DNA of 60,000 nt from Amphiscolops sp. MND2022 (taxonomy: Eukaryota). The translations under genes and the position numbers were made by a program. Location: assembly GCA_964187785.1 (NCBI GenBank), contig OZ076409.1:32242001-32302000 (forward strand), written 5' to 3'. Positions 48,415 through 60,000 of the stretch are shown here, in pieces; position 1 is the first letter of the stretch; every line of letters starts with the position of its first letter. The notes under the pieces were generated by a model that made no database searches, was not told where the DNA came from, and was given only the letters and a program-made list of their open reading frames with translations.

Positions 48415-50274
48415 TCAATTAGCATTGATATCAATAGAAGAAATTGATGTAATCAAAACGTAGACTCTGTCGTGGAGTATTATTTCTAGGTTTGACCCGA
48501 AAAAGTGATCTCGGAGCGTGGTGTACCAAGTTGGTATGAGGTTGATCGATCGTTCGGGGTCATAGATGGGTATGTGGATTTGGGAGATTTCGTATTGATG
48601 AAGCTGGTGTTGGAGGTGAGTGAGGCATGTGTGAAGAATTTCGTGCAAGAGTGGGTGTTTATTTGAGGCTCTGGTGCACAAAAGGAAGATTTGGTTGTTC
48701 CAATGTGCGGTGTGGGAGTGTTTCAAGCAAACGGCAGTGCCAACTGAAGGTTTTAAATGGAATATAGCTTCCTGTCCATATTCGCGAACGATGTATCGAA
48801 TAGTTGCCGATTGGGATTGTAGGTCGGCGGGACAACACAACACTAATGTGCCGGAGGCTTGTAGAATGTCCGTATCAGAGTAAGTAATCCATGGCAAATG
48901 GTTTGGGCGAATTTTCGGTTGCAATATGAGCCATTTCCCAGTGTCCTCTTCATGATCATCTAGGGGTTTCGATGTCAAGTGTCCAAAAATCGCTCTGCGA
49001 TCCTCCCATATAGTGCGATGCAAAGGACGGTTGCCCATGTGTATGCACGACCAACTGTGCATGATGGAGAGTGCTTCTAGGGTGGACATGGGCGTGTCGG
49101 GAGTGTATGTTAATCGGTCGAGTATGCAAATTTTCGTTTGTCGGCAGAATATGATGACTATCAGTTGCAGCCAGTGTTGGCTCAAGAATTTTCCGCGGTA
49201 TATGTCAGCTAGTTGAAAACATAGGGTGTCGCTTGTCTCCACGAGAGCGCGTAAGTTCTCTAGGCATAGTAACAACGTAGTAGGTGAGACCATTGAGGAA
49301 TCATCGAGGGAGGTGATCAGGAGCCACCATCCTGCGGATGGTTGATATACGTCACCCGGAGGGGAAGCGATGTGGTAATTGTTCCATAGCTGGTTTGCAG
49401 TAATGCAGCGAATCATCAGGGGGTTGCTGCATGTGTTATCTAGTTCACCGAACCAGAATGAGGGTGGTAGAGGGGGAATGGTTGGTGCCAATGTGAATTC
49501 AAGTCAACCTTTTTCATGGCTTGTCCATTCCTTGAAGCGATATGTTGGACAATTAGAAGGAGAGAACTTGTGCATTTCTTTCAGCGTGGTTTCTAGAGGT
49601 GGTACAAGTCCAGATTCAGTGCTGGCATAAGTCTTCTCGATGGTCAGAATTATATGTCGGATGGTTGGTTGGGTTTTGGGTTTCTGTTGTTCCGCTCGTA
49701 CAGTTAAGATTTCGTGTTGAGGGTGGTTGTGCGCTCGTGCTAGCGTGAGTTCGCGAGCCGGAATTGCTTCTCCCCGGGCCAATTGTATATTCGGGAGTTC
49801 CGCAGTAACTAGTTGGATGCAACTACAGTTACGGGAACCACAGGTTCCGCATCTATATCTGGGCGCTCGGTTAGCTCGGAGTTGATAGCGTGGCGCTCGC
49901 CTGGAAGCATCATCGAGTGTGTTCGGTTGGGTAGGGTTTGGGCTCTCAGGAATTTCCGGGAGAGTCATTGCTCTGTCATGTATTCTGGGTGGGGCTCTAG
50001 TGGAAAATCTAGTCCTTGGGCCTCTTCTAAGTCGTGTGATTGGTTTTCTAGAGGACGTAGTGGTTCAGCTTGAAGATGTGGGTAGCTGGTTCCGGCGACT
50101 AGGAGGCCTACCCTTTGGTCGACCTCTCCTGTTGGAGGTTCTAGGTGGTGGATTTTGATTTGCGATCTGGTTGTCAAGGTCGACATCGGGTTCTTGTGGG
50201 TCAGCCGTTGGAGCTGGGGGAGCTGATTGATTGGGGTCTCTTGTTTGTGGGTAGAATAGAGGGAAATTGCTCAA
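48415..50274 (-). pseudogene. Post-integrase Pol extension of C, including a 358-aa open segment with both macrodomain-like repeats
   Basis: RRGRPKGRP, CGTCGSRNCSC and ITYSDTDIL..LVLCCPADL..KPSVG..IFLLCTR..IHIP..W..F..LEIILHDR. Confidence 0.72.
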
Positions 50275-53200
50275 GGTCAGCTATGATGGCTATGTTTTGA
50301 TCCGGTCCGAAAGGTTTGTGAGTAGTCCAGTCCCAGTGGGCTGGTACGTGTTTCTTTAGTCTCTCATAGTGAACTTTTTGACCCTTATCTAATACATAGA
50401 GGCGTCCGTCTTGTAGTACGTCCGTAACTTTGTGGGGTCCGCGCCACGCGCGTATGAGCTTGCGAGTGCTACCTTTGGGTATTATGTGACAGAACACCCA
50501 GACAGCGTCGCCGACGGCGTGCGCTTTTGATTTCAGGTGGCGGTCGAATTTTAGCTTTTGTCGAAGCTGAGCTTGATGGGTGTTTCGTCGGACTAATTCA
50601 TGGATTTCTTGTTGTCTGGCCAATAAGTGTTCTACAAATTCTTCTTTGGAGTCAAAGCCTCGTGCTGCGAATTCTGGGTATATGAACGATAATGGGATGG
50701 ATTTTTCTGCGCCATGTTGGAGCATGTATGGTGAAAATCCCGTGGTGGCGTGTCGAGTAGAGTTGTATGCGCCAAGGACTCCGTCGATATGTTCGTCCCA
50801 GTCCTGCATCCTGCGCGACGTGTAGACTCGAAGTAAGGTGAGTAGTGTTCTGTTCTGTCGCTCTACGAGTCCATTACCTCTGGGGTGTGCCGGTGTTGAA
50901 GTAACTTTAGTAACCTGGGAAGCTTTCATGAGTTCTTGGGCTATTTCAGCTGTAAAGTTTGTTGAGTTGTCGGATTGCATTCTTGCAGGAGTGCCATGTC
51001 TGGCAAACTATTTGTTCAGGATGATTCTTGCTGTGGTTTGCGCGTCATATTCGTCGTGGGCGCATGAGACAGCTTCTGCGAATTTGGTGAAGTGATCTAT
51101 TATTACTAAGAGGCCGGTGTTGCCTGAATCAGTTTTGCAGAGTTTCAAGTGATCAAATTGAACCAGATCATTGAAGTTGCTACTGTTTATGCTCTGCAGG
51201 GGGTAGCAAAGATTTCCTGCTGCGTGTTTTGCTTGCTGGCAGGTCAAACATTGTTTGATGTGATTCACTACGTCTCTTTTGATGCCCGGCCAAGTATGTC
51301 GTTCTTGTATCCTTGCTAGCACTTTTCCTACGCCTTGATGTCCTGACTCATCGTGCGCTCGGTACAGGATTTTGTGTTGGAAGAGTTGTGGCATGACGAT
51401 CATGCACGGACGTACGTGCAAAGCACGTTGTTGAGGGACGTAGTTGACAAAAAGTATGTCGTCAGGATTTAGGAAGAGTAGATCTTTCTTTTGGTTATAG
51501 TACCTTTTGGCGAAGTCCTGCACTTCATCAGGGAACCTTGAGTCTTCTAGCGTTTCGTTCTTCATGAGCTTCTTCAGTGCCAAAAGGTGTACGTCGCTGC
51601 TTTGGGCCATGCGTAGGTCTCGTAGACCGTATTTGGTTAAGTGGTGTTCGTGTAACTCCGTTCCAATGGTTCTTAGAACATCAGCTTGTTTCTGACATTC
51701 GGCGGGAAGTGCCCCTAGAGAGTCGGGTCTGGCTCGGTTGTGTCTATTCGTGCCGGGGGCACTCTTGTGGTGATGCTCAAAATTCGGTTCGGTCGTTCGT
51801 CTTCCTCAAGAGTCGGTGTGGTTTCCTACTGGATCTCAGGATACCAAGGAGTGCTTCCTGTTGATTCTTCAGGACTTTTGTTCCTTTGCTTCTTCTGAAG
51901 GTAGTAGGTACAGTAGAGGTACAGTCGGGCTCGGGCTTCCGGAGGAAGTTCTGGATGATTTGGAATTAGGTGACCGCGCTTGTCGATGTATGGGATCGTG
52001 GGAAGTTCGTCATAGTATTTCTGTGACATGAAATTGAATCCTTCGCCCACTTCTGGTAGCTTTTCAAGGATTTGTTCACGATTGGTGTAGTCGTTGGTGC
52101 GCTTGCTAAGTCCATCGACGTTTCGGTGTTGCGTACGCGGTCTGTGGATGGTTTAGGCGTGCGATTCAACGACCAATCATGGCTTGGTCCATGGAGTAAG
52201 TTTTAAGCCATGATAGGGCTTGATTATCCACGCGAAGCGTGAATTCTGTACCTGCTAGGTATGAGTGGAATTTCTCTACGAAGTAAAACATTGCATACAT
52301 TTCCAATTTGGGGGCATCGTAGTTTAATTGGGTCTTGGTCAGTGATTTGCTACCGAAAACGATCGGTCTCAGGATGGTTTTGCTGTTGTATTCTTGTTCT
52401 TGGTGCAGAATACCCGCGATTGCTACTGTACTCGCATCTGTGTCTAGCACGAACCGTCCTTGCTCATTCGGTGCAGCTAGGGTGGTAGCGTCGGCTAAGG
52501 CTTGTTTCACCGAGTCGAAGGATTCTTGGTGTCTTTCCTCCCAACAGAAGTGTTGATTTTTCTTCAACAATTCTTGCATGGGTTGTACCTTGGCGGCGTG
52601 GAATGGGACAAAATCGCGGTAGTAGTTAGCAAATCCTAGGAAGCTTTGAAGTTCTTCCTTGTTCCTGGGAGGTAACCACTCTTGGATTTTTGTCACTGCT
52701 TCTGGGTCGGGCCGTATTCCCCCAGCGGACACTAATCGTCCTAGATATTTGGTTTACGTGCGCATAAAGTCGCATTTTTCCGCTCGCATTTGAAGCCTGC
52801 CTCTCTGAGACATTCGAATACTTCTTTAATTCTCATGATGTGGTCTTCGATTGTTTCGGTTGCAATTACTATGTCGTCGATGTAGGCCATGACGACACTC
52901 CCATGTCTTTGTTGGATTTTTTGTAAGGCTCTTGTGATGGATCGTTGGAAGGTGGCGGATGCATTGCATAGCCCAAAGGGCATACGTCGCCATTCGAATA
53001 AACCTAGTTCGCAGGCAAATGCTGTTTTCCTTCTGTCGCGTTTCTTCAGAGGTATCTGCCAAAAGGCCCACGCTAGATCGATGCTTGTAAAGAGTTTTGC
53101 GTTGCCAATCCTGGATAGACTCTCGTCTTTTCTGGGCAGGGGGAAGGCGTTTTTTACTGTTACGTCATTTAGTGGTCGGAGGTCGCAACAGAAGCGGAGT

Positions 53201-53835
53201 TCGCCTGTCTTTTTCTTTACCTATACTATTCCACTAGCCCATGGCGAGTAGGAGGGTTGAAATAAGCCTAAAGATAGGAGGTTCCTTACTTCTTGATTGG
53301 CTTTGGCAGCCTTGTCGGGGGACATTCGTCTTGCGCCCTCCCTGTGGGGGATAGCTTCCGGTTCTAACTCAATACGATGTTTTGCTATCGTACATTTTCC
53401 TATGTCGGCCTAATGTTTCATAAAAAGGTCGTCGTACTGGTTTAAAACTTCTGCTAACTGATCTCTTGCACCCTCCCCCCAGAAAGAAAGGACAGAGGAT
53501 AGGTCAGGTCCTGGTATTGATTTTAACAGTTAGGGATCGGTTTGTGCATGTTTTTCATTTTCTGACACTTCCTCTTCTGACAACTCAGTGGATGACAAAA
53601 ACTTTTGGGCGAAGGAACTAAACTCACTGCTTGTATCACTAAAATTAATAGTACGAATATTATTAACATGTTCTACAAGAGGCATGAAAGTTCCATTTGT
53701 TCGGTCAACTGTAACCGGTTCGAACATAAAGACGGTAGGCTCTGCCTTGCCGAGGACAATTTTACTTGGAATCTGTAAGTTTTCGTTAGCTGTTTTGTTT
53801 CTTATGGCGAGGTACACTGCGCCATCTTCTCCCAC
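50201..53835 (-). pseudogene. pol: pol of C (RT, RNase H, IN), disrupted
   Basis: MPFGLCNA, YIDD, LDTDAS, HDESGH..CLTC, QSDN, NGLVER. Confidence 0.95.
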
Positions 53836-56800
53836 TCAAGTCAAAGTGTCTTCTGAAACAAAGGCACTTCGGTTGTACACCCCGCTGGGGCGTATCATTA
53901 CTTTGCGGAAACGGTATTTATTGGGGTCCTGGGTAATGACTTGTGCTCTAACTAGTTTACGTTCAAAAGGTCCTAGTACAACCATTTCGGTAGAGACTAC
54001 TAAAGAAGCTTCATGGTCACTAACCTCAAGGACTGGTTTAAAATGGCGTGGAGATTTTGGATCTCGGATGATGACTCTCATTGCAGTCAGGTCCACGAGG
54101 ACATTATAAGTGCGTAAAAAGTTGCGTCCTAGAAGGAAGTTTTCAGCTCCTAAGTGGTCTGTGATGACTATGAAGTTGGTCTCCAGCGTGTGACCACCCA
54201 ATTGAAAGTTCACATCTTCAGCAATACCGACAGTGGTTATGGTCTTGCCGTTGGCTGCGTACAGCTGGATGTCATACGGCTGGAGACTCAATGAAAGGGC
54301 GGATGCTATCTTTTGGTACGCGGCAAGAGAGAGGATAGAGACACCTGAACCAGTGTCGATCATACTGTATAAGGGAATGGGTTCTTGGAGGTCATTGCCA
54401 AAGGCAACCACCAATGATGCTCTTTCGTCGATGCGAGCTTCCCCCTGGGTGTCTTGTATACCAAGGTTGTAACACCGTAACTCCTGGCGGCCCAGGTAGA
54501 GTCCCTGTGGGAAATAACCTTCTAGGACTACAATGGCATCGAATTTCATAACTACGCCATCTATGTTAATTGCTACTGGGACGGGAGAAATTGTTTTCAC
54601 TTTTTGAATCGGCGCTAACTTGGTCTCGTCGTCGCGGGTGAAGTGCGGTAACGGTCGAGCGGCGATTGTGTATTTAGTGTTTCTACACAGTTCCTCTTTC
54701 AATTGCGCTAACGTTAATATGGGACGCGATTTTTGTTCGGCAGAGAGGAGTAAGTGTATGGAGATGAGTGTCTCGGTGCAATCAGGGGCGGGTGCTTCCA
54801 ATGTGGTAAGCACTTGTTTTTCGCCGCAAGTAACAATAATGGGGTGAGACGGGCCTCCTGCCTCTGCAACTGAGATTACTCTGACTTGATCATCTTGTTG
54901 GTCGCCATCTAACTGGTTGGTATACGGAGCATACCATGCTGCCCTAACTTGTTGTTCTTGTCTGGGATGTTCTGGGGCCATACATTCTGATGCAAATGGT
55001 TCAGTGCATCCGCAATTGATGCAGAAGGCAACGGTTCCTTGGATTGGCAGAGATGCTGGGTGCATTTCGTTATTCACCCCGTGTGGTTGCGATGGGCAAG
55101 TCCATCCACCGGATGGGTTCGTGTGACATGAATTCACTTGTTGCTGCATTGGTTTTAGTGCGCGATCTTTCAGTGGACAGTCGATCACAAAGTGTGATGG
55201 GTCACCACAGTTAAAGCATGCTCGTTGGGGTTGTTGCCTATAGGGTGCCTGCTGTTGAGGTGGCACTTGTTGAGGTTGTTGCATTGGCGGTGGAATTGCC
55301 GGGGGCAATTTTGGTTGTTGGTTTAGTGGTGGGGGTTGTGGTTGTTGAGGTTGAGCCATTTGATAATTTTCTGAACGATTGGAACCGCGCATGCGCAAGT
55401 ATTGCTGGACTGTGAAGCGAAGCGTTTCTACTGTCGGTGGTGTTTCAACGTATTGTTCGTGTGCGTACATGAGGGCTAGGTTCCGTTTCAGTTCGAAATT
55501 GCGATTGCCTTCGATGAATTTTTGCATAATTTCGTATCTGCGAACAGTCATTTCCTCGTTGGGGTAGCCTTGGCTACGCAAACCTTCGAGGGCATCGAGG
55601 TATTGCATATAGTCCTCCTCGTTGTTCTGGTTGCGGGTCCTGAACTGTTGTTGTATGTGGATCTTACTTGACCCAGTTCCAAATTGCCGCGCTAGCAATG
55701 CAAAGACTTTTTCGTCGGTGTCTCTTTCTGCCTCGGATTTGTTGTTGATGTAGTCTCTGGCCTCGTTTTCTAGATATTCAATGATTGTCCAGGTTCTGTC
55801 GAGGGGACTGGCTTTGGCATGTGCCTTCTCCAAGTGACGCTTCATCAACATCATCCAGCCGTCGGCGTTGCAGTCCTTTGTTCCTCGATATTTCGTCGGT
55901 TTATTCTTCGACTCTTTCGCCGCTAGCAGCGGTTCCAGACCCTTGGACATTGCGGTCGAAATGGCTTCAGCCAGTGCTTGCCGTTGGCTCGTTCTTGGGG
56001 TGTCTGGGGTTGCGCTTGGCGTTGCAGGAAGCTGTTCCATCTCCTGTTCGTCTTGTTCCAGAATTCGCTTAGCGGTAATTTTTCGCTGCGTACTGGTGGC
56101 CACTGGTCGTGGGACCAAGATTAAGTACGTCTGTTTGGGAGGGTCACTACTTGTGTTGGTTTTAAGGGTGTAGTAGTTTGACTCTCTCGTCGTCATTCCA
56201 CTTGCAGGAGAATAGTAATCTCCCGTTGTAGATGCACCACGAGCAAATGGGTCGAATGATACGCTAGTTAGTGGGTCCGTACCCACATCGCAAGATTCTG
56301 CTCGGATCACTCTTGCTATCTTGCTGGTACGTGGTTGATCTCTTTTGTAGATTGCGGGCGGCAACAATTTTAGAGGTTTGGGTTGTTCGATGTTGGACTG
56401 TGCCACCTTTCGGTAGGTAGCTTGCGTTGGGTGTGGGGCCCCGCTAGTGGAGGGTATGTCGCTGGAGTGGCAGGTTACCGGCGCCGCTGGCTTCGTTTTG
56501 GTTTGGGCTGCTGCGGTTTGTGCCGTCATTGCTCTCACTCCTAGTGTTAGGTCTTTCATCGTGGTCATCAAGTCTATCAATCGAGTGTTTGCGTCATTTT
56601 CTCTGCGCTGCATGAGGTCTGATATCATTCTCATTCGTTCGTCAGCTTGACGATCTCGCTCTTTCATCACGGCTGACATTTCCGCCATGCGGGTGTCTGC
56701 CATGTTTTCTCTTTGCTTCATCAAGTCAATCAGAGAGGCGATGGATGCTTCCAACCGTCCTTGATTCTGGCGTCCTTCGGCCTGTATTTCCAACAGGCCC

Positions 56801-57590
56801 CTTCGCATGTCATCCATATCCCTCATGATGACGTCAGCTCTCATTACATGTTCGGTGTTTTCTCTTGACAGTCGTGAAATTACTTTTGAGAGTTGAGCCA
56901 GGCTGTTTCGGAAATCTTCTCTCACGGCTTGCGACTCTTTTATGATTTTCGTAACAGTTGAGTCCGGGGCCGTTTCAGCGCTAGTTCTCGAGTTAGGCGT
57001 GTAGTTTTTTTTGCCAGTTCCTTTTGGAGCAAGATTTGAGTTTATTCATGGGGGTGTTCTAAAGACGTATCGCAACGGGTTGTCTTCCATTTGCGTTGAT
57101 GGATTGTCGTTCGATTCAATAGGCACCGCTGATGGCTCTCCCTCTCGTGGGTAGCCGCTCAAAAAGGGATTTCTAGTTCCGCTGTGCGGGGGGCCGCTAC
57201 AGGAGTTGCATGGTTGCTACTTTGTGATGCCGTAGCTTCGGCTACACTTGTTTCGCGTTTTGGTTTTTTATTTGAGTTTGGCCACTCCTCTAGACTGTAG
57301 TCAGTGACTTCGAGGGGTGGCCACGCATTATTTCGTGTGGTATTTTCGGTACCATCCACTGGATTGGTACTATCGGGGGAAGCTTGCGACGAATCGAGCT
57401 GTTCGGCTGCATTTCTCATCTCCGTGTTTTGTTCTGCGTTGGGAATAAAGTCAGACATGAGTTCTGAAAATACATTTGTAATGGTTGGTTCTTGGAGATT
57501 GTCAGCAAGAGTCTCCCATCGAGTAGTGTTTTCTATCATGCTACCAAATGGATTTGTAGCATGGAGGTTTTCGGGTTCGTCCCAGTCCAA
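53836..57590 (-). pseudogene. gag-pol: gag-protease of C. The 1029-aa open frame 53836..56925 shows gag and pol in one frame.
   Basis: Coiled-coil-like N-terminus, capsid-like region, CFNCGDPSHFVIDC, MIDTGSG..LGRNFL. The start codon is TTG here where D has ATG. Confidence 0.92.
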
Positions 57591-59376
57591 TTTGGCCACG
57601 AGAAACGACAAGTATTAAATGGGACCATTTCACTTGATTGGGACCGAGGTTAACCAAAAGGCTTTTTACCAGCTTCGGTAATTGGGCTGGTGGAAATATA
57701 CGTTCTAAGGTCAACTAAAATTTTCATCCCGGTCTCCGCTAAGTGGAGAGGATTAGGTTTACACTAAAACAAAATTTTTTTTTGATTGATTGACTGTTTA
57801 CGAGTTGCTGGCTAATCGGGTAGGCTGTGGAAGGGCCTATTGAGTTGAGGAGTGGTTGACTGGAATGAATAATGTTGGTCCAATTAGTTTTAGGGCTATG
57901 CGCTCATTCGACTAGTTGAACTTGTTTCTCACTAAGTTTTCTCGATTTATGGATTCAGGTACGGTGGGATGGATGGGATTTGGGGGTGTGTATGGAAAAA
58001 AGACTCAATCGGAGGCGCAGAGGGTATTCTGTTTATGGAGGGGTTATTTTCAGGTCCGTATGGAGGTTGTTTGGGACAGAAAGTGTGGAATTTTCCGTTC
58101 AATTTTCGTAAAATCAGTGATTTTGTCGTCGATTGGCACGTCTGGAAAGGGTGGAAAATGTTTCCAGGGCTCGTAGCGACGTGAAAATTTCACACCATAT
58201 AGTACACTAGCTGAATCGTGGGAAGTTTAATGCCGACTGTACAGAAATTGACTCTATGGACGTTACGGTTATTTAACAATGTTTATTGAAAATTTGATTA
58301 TGTCGTAAAATTCGCAAAAAGTGGTCAAGTTCGCCTTCTAGGCGTCCCAGCCACCTAAAAATTTGCAGGCGAGCGTAACTTGTGCCCACGTAACCGAACA
58401 AAACGGCGGCGAAGTGTCTGAATCAATATCCAGTGATCAGAAGTGACAAAACCTTGATATACCAGGGGTATCACTTTTTCGGGTAAAAACTCACAAAAAT
58501 GCCAATTTCTCCGCTTTCGCTAGGAGCCGGCCACTCAAATTGCGCAAATCGTCGGGATCTAGTGACGTGCGTATTAAACTGCAAGAATTTTAGTGCTGAG
58601 GTATCTGCAAGGTATTGCACTATGCTCAACTAAAATTTTATTTTTTCTACATTTTCGTACACTTTTTGAGCGAAACCGCGGCTATGATTTCTCAAGGACT
58701 AGCAGTTCTAGTGCAATGAAAATTACACCAGTAACGTAACTTTTTGCGGTCTACACGATGGTGTAAAACGTTTTGAGCTGCTCCCACTGGGAGAGATTCC
58801 GACCTGCTCTTGGAACACTATACCAATTTTCCGAAATTGTCACTAAAATCTCACGTTTTTGGCAATTTCTCGGCAACCACTGGTTGGAATCGCTCGCGGT
58901 TTTCTGCACTTGCAACGTGAGGGTTTTTACTAACAAAAAATAAGCAAGCGAAACCTGGTAGGTTCCAAATTGGATTTCTCAAAAATTTTTTAAGTTGCAC
59001 TTTTTACACTCTCGGAACAACACTGAAATAACGTGTTTTCGTCAAGAAATTTTTGTCTATCGGTTCTTGGATGTTCGAAATTGTTCCAATAGTATTGTAA
59101 GAAAGCGTGACAATTTATTTTATGGGGATGGGGTTCGTTCAATTATCATTTTTGATGTTATATCTCTCAGGTCTATGGGGTCCTCTACTCGGGTCTATGT
59201 GTATTGAAAGAAACAAGCAGTTAAAGTTTCAATTTCTTTTGGGGAACCTTAGGAAACAACTTGGTAGTAGTGACTCGTACTACCAAGCTAGGGAGAAAGA
59301 TTTTTGGGCGAATTCGGAAGCTTGGAAGTTAACGTCCAAAGCTTTGCCCTCGTCAAATTGGGTCAAATTAGCCAAA

Positions 59377-60000
59377 TTGTTCCAGAATTCGCTTAGCGGT
59401 AATTTTTCGCTGCGTACTGGTGGCCACTGGTCGTGGGACCAAGATTAAGTACGTCTGTTTGGGAGGGTCACTACTTGTGTTGGTTTTAAGGGTGTAGTAG
59501 TTTGACTCTCTCGTCGTCATTCCACTTGCAGGAGAATAGTAATCTCCCGTTGTAGATGCACCACGAGCAAATGGGTCGAATGATACGCTAGTTAGTGGGT
59601 CCGTACCCACATCGCAAGATTCTGCTCGGATCACTCTTGCTATCTTGCTGGTACGTGGTTGATCTCTTTTGTAGATTGCGGGCGGCAACAATTTTAGAGG
59701 TTTGGGTTGTTCGATGTTGGACTGTGCCACCTTTCGGTAGGTAGCTTGCGTTGGGTGTGGGGCCCCGCTAGTGGAGGGTATGTCGCTGGAGTGGCAGGTT
59801 ACCGGCGCCGCTGGCTTCGTTTTGGTTTGGGCTGCTGCGGTTTGTGCCGTCATTGCTCTCACTCCTAGTGTTAGGTCTTTCATCGTGGTCATCAAGTCTA
59901 TCAATCGAGTGTTTGCGTCATTTTCTCTGCGCTGCATGAGGTCTGATATCATTCTCATTCGTTCGTCAGCTTGACGATCTCGCTCTTTCATCACGGCTGA
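59377..60000 (-). repeat. Second copy of gag segment 56053-56676 (3324-bp period), running off the window
   Basis: Apparently identical sequence and identical ORF translations at 56447 and 59771. Confidence 0.93.

Larger units (their letters stand above)
40830..60000 (-). mobile_element. Element C: decayed giant Ty3/Gypsy LTR retrotransposon, 5' end outside the window
   Basis: 3' LTR, PPT, ORF3, extension, IN, RNase H, RT, PR, gag and leader. Closer to A than to B. Confidence 0.94.

Overview
Eukaryotic, probably animal, repeat-rich DNA made almost entirely of four related, decayed, very large Ty3/Gypsy-type LTR retrotransposon copies. A (+, ~268-16610) is 5'-truncated with its gag triplicated. 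B (-, 17049-36731) is full length with two LTRs, ~19.7 kb. D (+, 37242-40813) is LTR-PBS-leader-gag start only. C (-, 40830->60000) carries a 1.8-kb non-autonomous TIR DNA element. A, B and C share an unusual architecture. First is a gag-pol frame with a degenerate retropepsin-like domain before the DTG protease. Pol then has a long post-integrase extension (AT-hook, CxxCx4CxC, two divergent TARG1/OARD1-like macrodomains). Finally, a ~1400-codon ORF occupies the env position, follows a splice-acceptor-like signal, and looks like an SGNH/GDSL-fold protein rather than an envelope. The tRNA-Arg-like PBS seen in B and D sits 15-16 nt from the LTR end, and a 74-bp palindrome joins two U5 ends exactly at the PBS boundary. 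No host gene could be called. Domain calls are by-eye motif recognition, not database results.
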